Of a DNA stretch of 64,000 nucleotides, positions 61,627 to 64,000 are shown in pieces (within the stretch, counting starts at the first letter, position 1; the number at the start of each line of letters is the position of its first letter). Source of the DNA: Candidatus Spongiisociaceae bacterium (GTDB taxonomy: Bacteria; Actinomycetota; Acidimicrobiia; Spongiisociales; Spongiisociaceae). Below the pieces are notes generated by a model that made no database searches, was not told the origin of the DNA, and saw only the letters and a program-made list of their open reading frames with translations. Both the position numbers and the translations under genes were made by a program. The stretch lies in the NCBI GenBank assembly GCA_965219685.1, contig CBDCOH010000002.1:2688001-2752000 (forward strand), in the 5' to 3' direction.

Positions 61627-62970
61627 CTACGTGCAGAGAGGCTCGTACCTGAGCCGGTGCAAGGCCAGTTCCTCCAGAATGATCTCCAGGCCGCGGACCG
61701 TCTGGGCGCGGTTACCGCCTCCGTCGTGCATCAGGACCACCGATCCATCGGTGAGGCGAGTCAGTATCCGATCGGCGATGGCTTCGCCATCGAGACCTTC
61801 CCAGTCGTTGGCGCTGACCGACCACAGATGCACCTCGAGCCCGTGCTCGGCCGCCCAGGTCCGAGTGTGTGTACGGGTCGCCCCATAAGGGGGTCGCAAG
61901 CACGGAGTGGCGTAGTCACCGAGGATCTCCTGTGTCCTCCCTATCGTCTGGTCGAACTGCTGGCGGGACAGCTTGGCGAGGTTCTCGTGGTTCCACGTGT
62001 GGTTCGCCACCGTGTGGCCCTCGGAGATGATCCTTTGGAAGAGATCCGGATAGCCGGCCACCAGCCTGCCGACCACGAAGAACGTGGCCCGAGCGTTGTA
62101 ACGAGCGAGTATGTCGAGGATGTGGGGGGTGTTGCGCGGGTCGGGACCGTCGTCGAAGGTCAGGTACACCACGCTCCCGGGCTCGATCGAGGATCTCGTG
62201 GAGATGGGCGGGGGTGGCAGGACACGTATTGTCAACGCGTAGTCGTTGAAGTCGTCGCGCGTGGAGACCACTCCCACCGTCCACGAACCCCCGGAGGGCA
62301 GCGCTGTCTCCACCCGCTGCGACCGCTCTTCCTCGGAGACGATCACCTCCTCATCGAGCCGTAGGTCGATCCATACGCCATCGCGGGCATCGACAGCGGC
62401 CAGCAGCGACTGGCCCGCAGCGGCGTGGACCGTGTAGGCCAGGCGGCGGTCCGGCCCGATCGAGCCGACCACCGTGGCGTGTATCTCCCCCCGGTCGAAC
62501 CGCACGTCTGAGTCCGGCCGGTACCGTCCCGAGAGCAGTATGTCCGATGCCAACGAGAGACGGCTACGCGAGACCTCGGGAGCCGCCCCCACCGGGTCAG
62601 GGGATGGATCCTCAACGGTGACGGGAGTCTCTTCCCCGTTCCGGGCGGAGGAGGCGGTCTCGGGCTGCTCGACCGGCTCGGTGACCGTTTGGGAAACCTC
62701 TTCCCGTGTCACCTCGCCCTCGGAAGCGGGCGCGGTCGTCGGGAGGGTCGACGCGGGAACGGTCCCGTCTTGACGGTCGTCCGGAACAGTCGAGGCTTCT
62801 AGGTTCCCGGCCGGGTCTCGTTCGGCCTCCTGGGCCGATTCGCGGACCGCTTCGACGGGATCCTCTCCGAATTCGGCGCCGCCCGAGTCGCTCGGAGTAT
62901 CCGAACACGCAACCACCAGCAGCAGCGCCAGACCGGCCACCGCACAACCGACCTTCCACCAGCGGTTCAT
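61627..62970 (-). CDS. Polysaccharide deacetylase (NodB/CE4) lipoprotein
   Basis: Lipobox LLLVVAC; acidic/Pro/Thr linker; YLTFDDGP...ATFFV...NHTWNH...RPPYG...LMHDGGG. Confidence 0.9.
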   Translation of the reverse strand: MNRWWKVGCAVAGLALLLVVACSDTPSDSGGAEFGEDPVEAVRESAQEAERDPAGNLEASTVPDDRQDGTVPASTLPTTAPASEGEVTREEVSQTVTEPVEQPETASSARNGEETPVTVEDPSPDPVGAAPEVSRSRLSLASDILLSGRYRPDSDVRFDRGEIHATVVGSIGPDRRLAYTVHAAAGQSLLAAVDARDGVWIDLRLDEEVIVSEEERSQRVETALPSGGSWTVGVVSTRDDFNDYALTIRVLPPPPISTRSSIEPGSVVYLTFDDGPDPRNTPHILDILARYNARATFFVVGRLVAGYPDLFQRIISEGHTVANHTWNHENLAKLSRQQFDQTIGRTQEILGDYATPCLRPPYGATRTHTRTWAAEHGLEVHLWSVSANDWEGLDGEAIADRILTRLTDGSVVLMHDGGGNRAQTVRGLEIILEELALHRLRYEPLCT

Positions 62971-63047
62971 CCGAACAAACCATCCCCTCGAAACCCAAAC
63001 AGGCCTGATACGGAAACCTCCGCGATCACCATCACAAGATACACCCG

Positions 63048-63091
63048 GCTGGACCCTATCCGGTGCCTATCCGGGTAGGCAGCAGTCCAGC
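63048..63091. terminator. Stem-loop downstream of qor (possible terminator)
   Basis: GCTGGAC...TGCCTA-TCCGGG-TAGGCA...GTCCAGC nested inverted repeat; no clear U-tract. Confidence 0.35.
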
Positions 63092-63102
63092 TGGTCGCGC
63101 CG

Positions 63103-63130
63103 TCAACCAACTACCAACTACGGACCAATC
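63103..63130. repeat. Degenerate heptamer array abutting the qor stop
   Basis: TCAACCA ACTACCA ACTACGG ACCAATC. Confidence 0.6.
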
Positions 63131-63132
63131 CC

Positions 63133-64000
63133 CTACGGTTCGATGAGGACCTTGCCCGTGGTCGCTCTGCCCTCAAGCGCCCGGTGGGCGTCGGCGGCTG
63201 ACTCCAAGGGGTAGCGCGCACCGATGCGGACCTCCAAACCGGCGGCGATCCAGTCGAAGAGCCGTTCGGACATGGCGAGCAGGGGATCGCGCTCCGCAAC
63301 GTGGTCGAACAGGGTGGGGCGGGTGAAGAACAGGGATCCGTTGGCGGTCAGGACCAGGGGATCGACGGGATCGACCGCGCCCGAGGCGTTCCCGAACGCC
63401 ACCATCAAGCCGAATCTACGTAGCAGCCCGAATCCCGTAGGGACCGTTGCCTTCCCGACCCCGTCATAGATCACATCCAGAGGGCGCTCCCCGCCGATCT
63501 CCCGGACCCGGTCCCCGAAGTCCTCCCTGCTGTAAACGATCACATGATCCGATCCTGCGGCACGGGAGATCTCAGCCTTGGCGTCGCTCCCGACCGTGGT
63601 GAAGACGGTGGCGCCCAGTTGCTTGGCCATCTGGGTGAGGATGAGACCCACGCCGCCGGCGCCCGCGTGGATCAGACAGGTCGATCCGTCCTCCAACGGG
63701 TAGGTCTCGGTGGCCAGGTACAGGGCGGTGAGTCCCTGCACCATCGATGCCGCCGCTTTGTCCAGGGACACCGCATCGGGAACCGGGACAAGCTGCTCGG
63801 CGGGAATCGCGATTCGTTCGGAGTAGGCGCCGAGGCGCGAGCAGAAGACCACGCGGTCCCCGCTCGACAGATCGTCGACGCCGCTCCCGACCGAGACCAC
63901 CGTCCCTGCGGCCTCGACGCCGGGCGTGAACGGCAACTCGACCGGGTACAGGCCGGTCCGGTGATACGTGTCGATGAAGTTCAGACCCGCCCCCGCTATC
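63133..64000 (-). CDS. qor: NADPH:quinone oxidoreductase (zeta-crystallin/MDR family), 5' end outside the window
   Basis: GLNFIDTYHRTG.YP...PGVEAAG...HAGAGGVG...YDGVGK...GNASG...TTGKVL. Confidence 0.92.
   Translation of the reverse strand, partial: IAGAGLNFIDTYHRTGLYPVELPFTPGVEAAGTVVSVGSGVDDLSSGDRVVFCSRLGAYSERIAIPAEQLVPVPDAVSLDKAAASMVQGLTALYLATETYPLEDGSTCLIHAGAGGVGLILTQMAKQLGATVFTTVGSDAKAEISRAAGSDHVIVYSREDFGDRVREIGGERPLDVIYDGVGKATVPTGFGLLRRFGLMVAFGNASGAVDPVDPLVLTANGSLFFTRPTLFDHVAERDPLLAMSERLFDWIAAGLEVRIGARYPLESAADAHRALEGRATTGKVLIEP

Overview
High-GC actinobacterial chromosome segment, most consistent with Acidimicrobiia (inferred from RpoB, the tRNA/tuf/rpmG/secE layout and the Nuo sequences). 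1-11.5 kb is the core cluster rpoB(partial)-rplL-rplJ-rplA-rplK-nusG-secE-tRNA-Trp-[ECF sigma/anti-sigma]-[fused MaoC dehydratase]-rpmG-tuf-tRNA-Met/Thr/Tyr. It is followed by htpX, a MidA-type methyltransferase and glgB. A ~23-kb nucleoside uptake/catabolism region comes next: three phosphorylases, two deaminases, MtnA, a class II aldolase-SDR fusion, three SDRs, a cupin, a BMP-type ABC transporter and a BisC-like Mo enzyme, interrupted by hipBA and LysR/ino1. After it are ackA broken by an ISL3 element (8-bp TSD), a fused HK-REC-wHTH regulator whose phospho-acceptor Asp is Asn, an SLC13 permease, a patch of intact and decayed toxin-antitoxin genes, an 11-subunit complex I (no nuoEFG), an alkaline-phosphatase-family gene, a NodB deacetylase lipoprotein and a partial qor. 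The least explained signals are: (i) at least eight intergenic period-7 arrays with different units, five of them bipartite (G/T-rich left arm, C/A-rich right arm) and most abutting stop codons; (ii) the same G/T-to-C/A polarity in synonymous sites of tuf and the ISL3 transposase; (iii) a probable deaminase-first 5'-deoxy/methylthio-nucleoside catabolic pathway. All calls come from reading the sequence and motif recognition; no searches were run.
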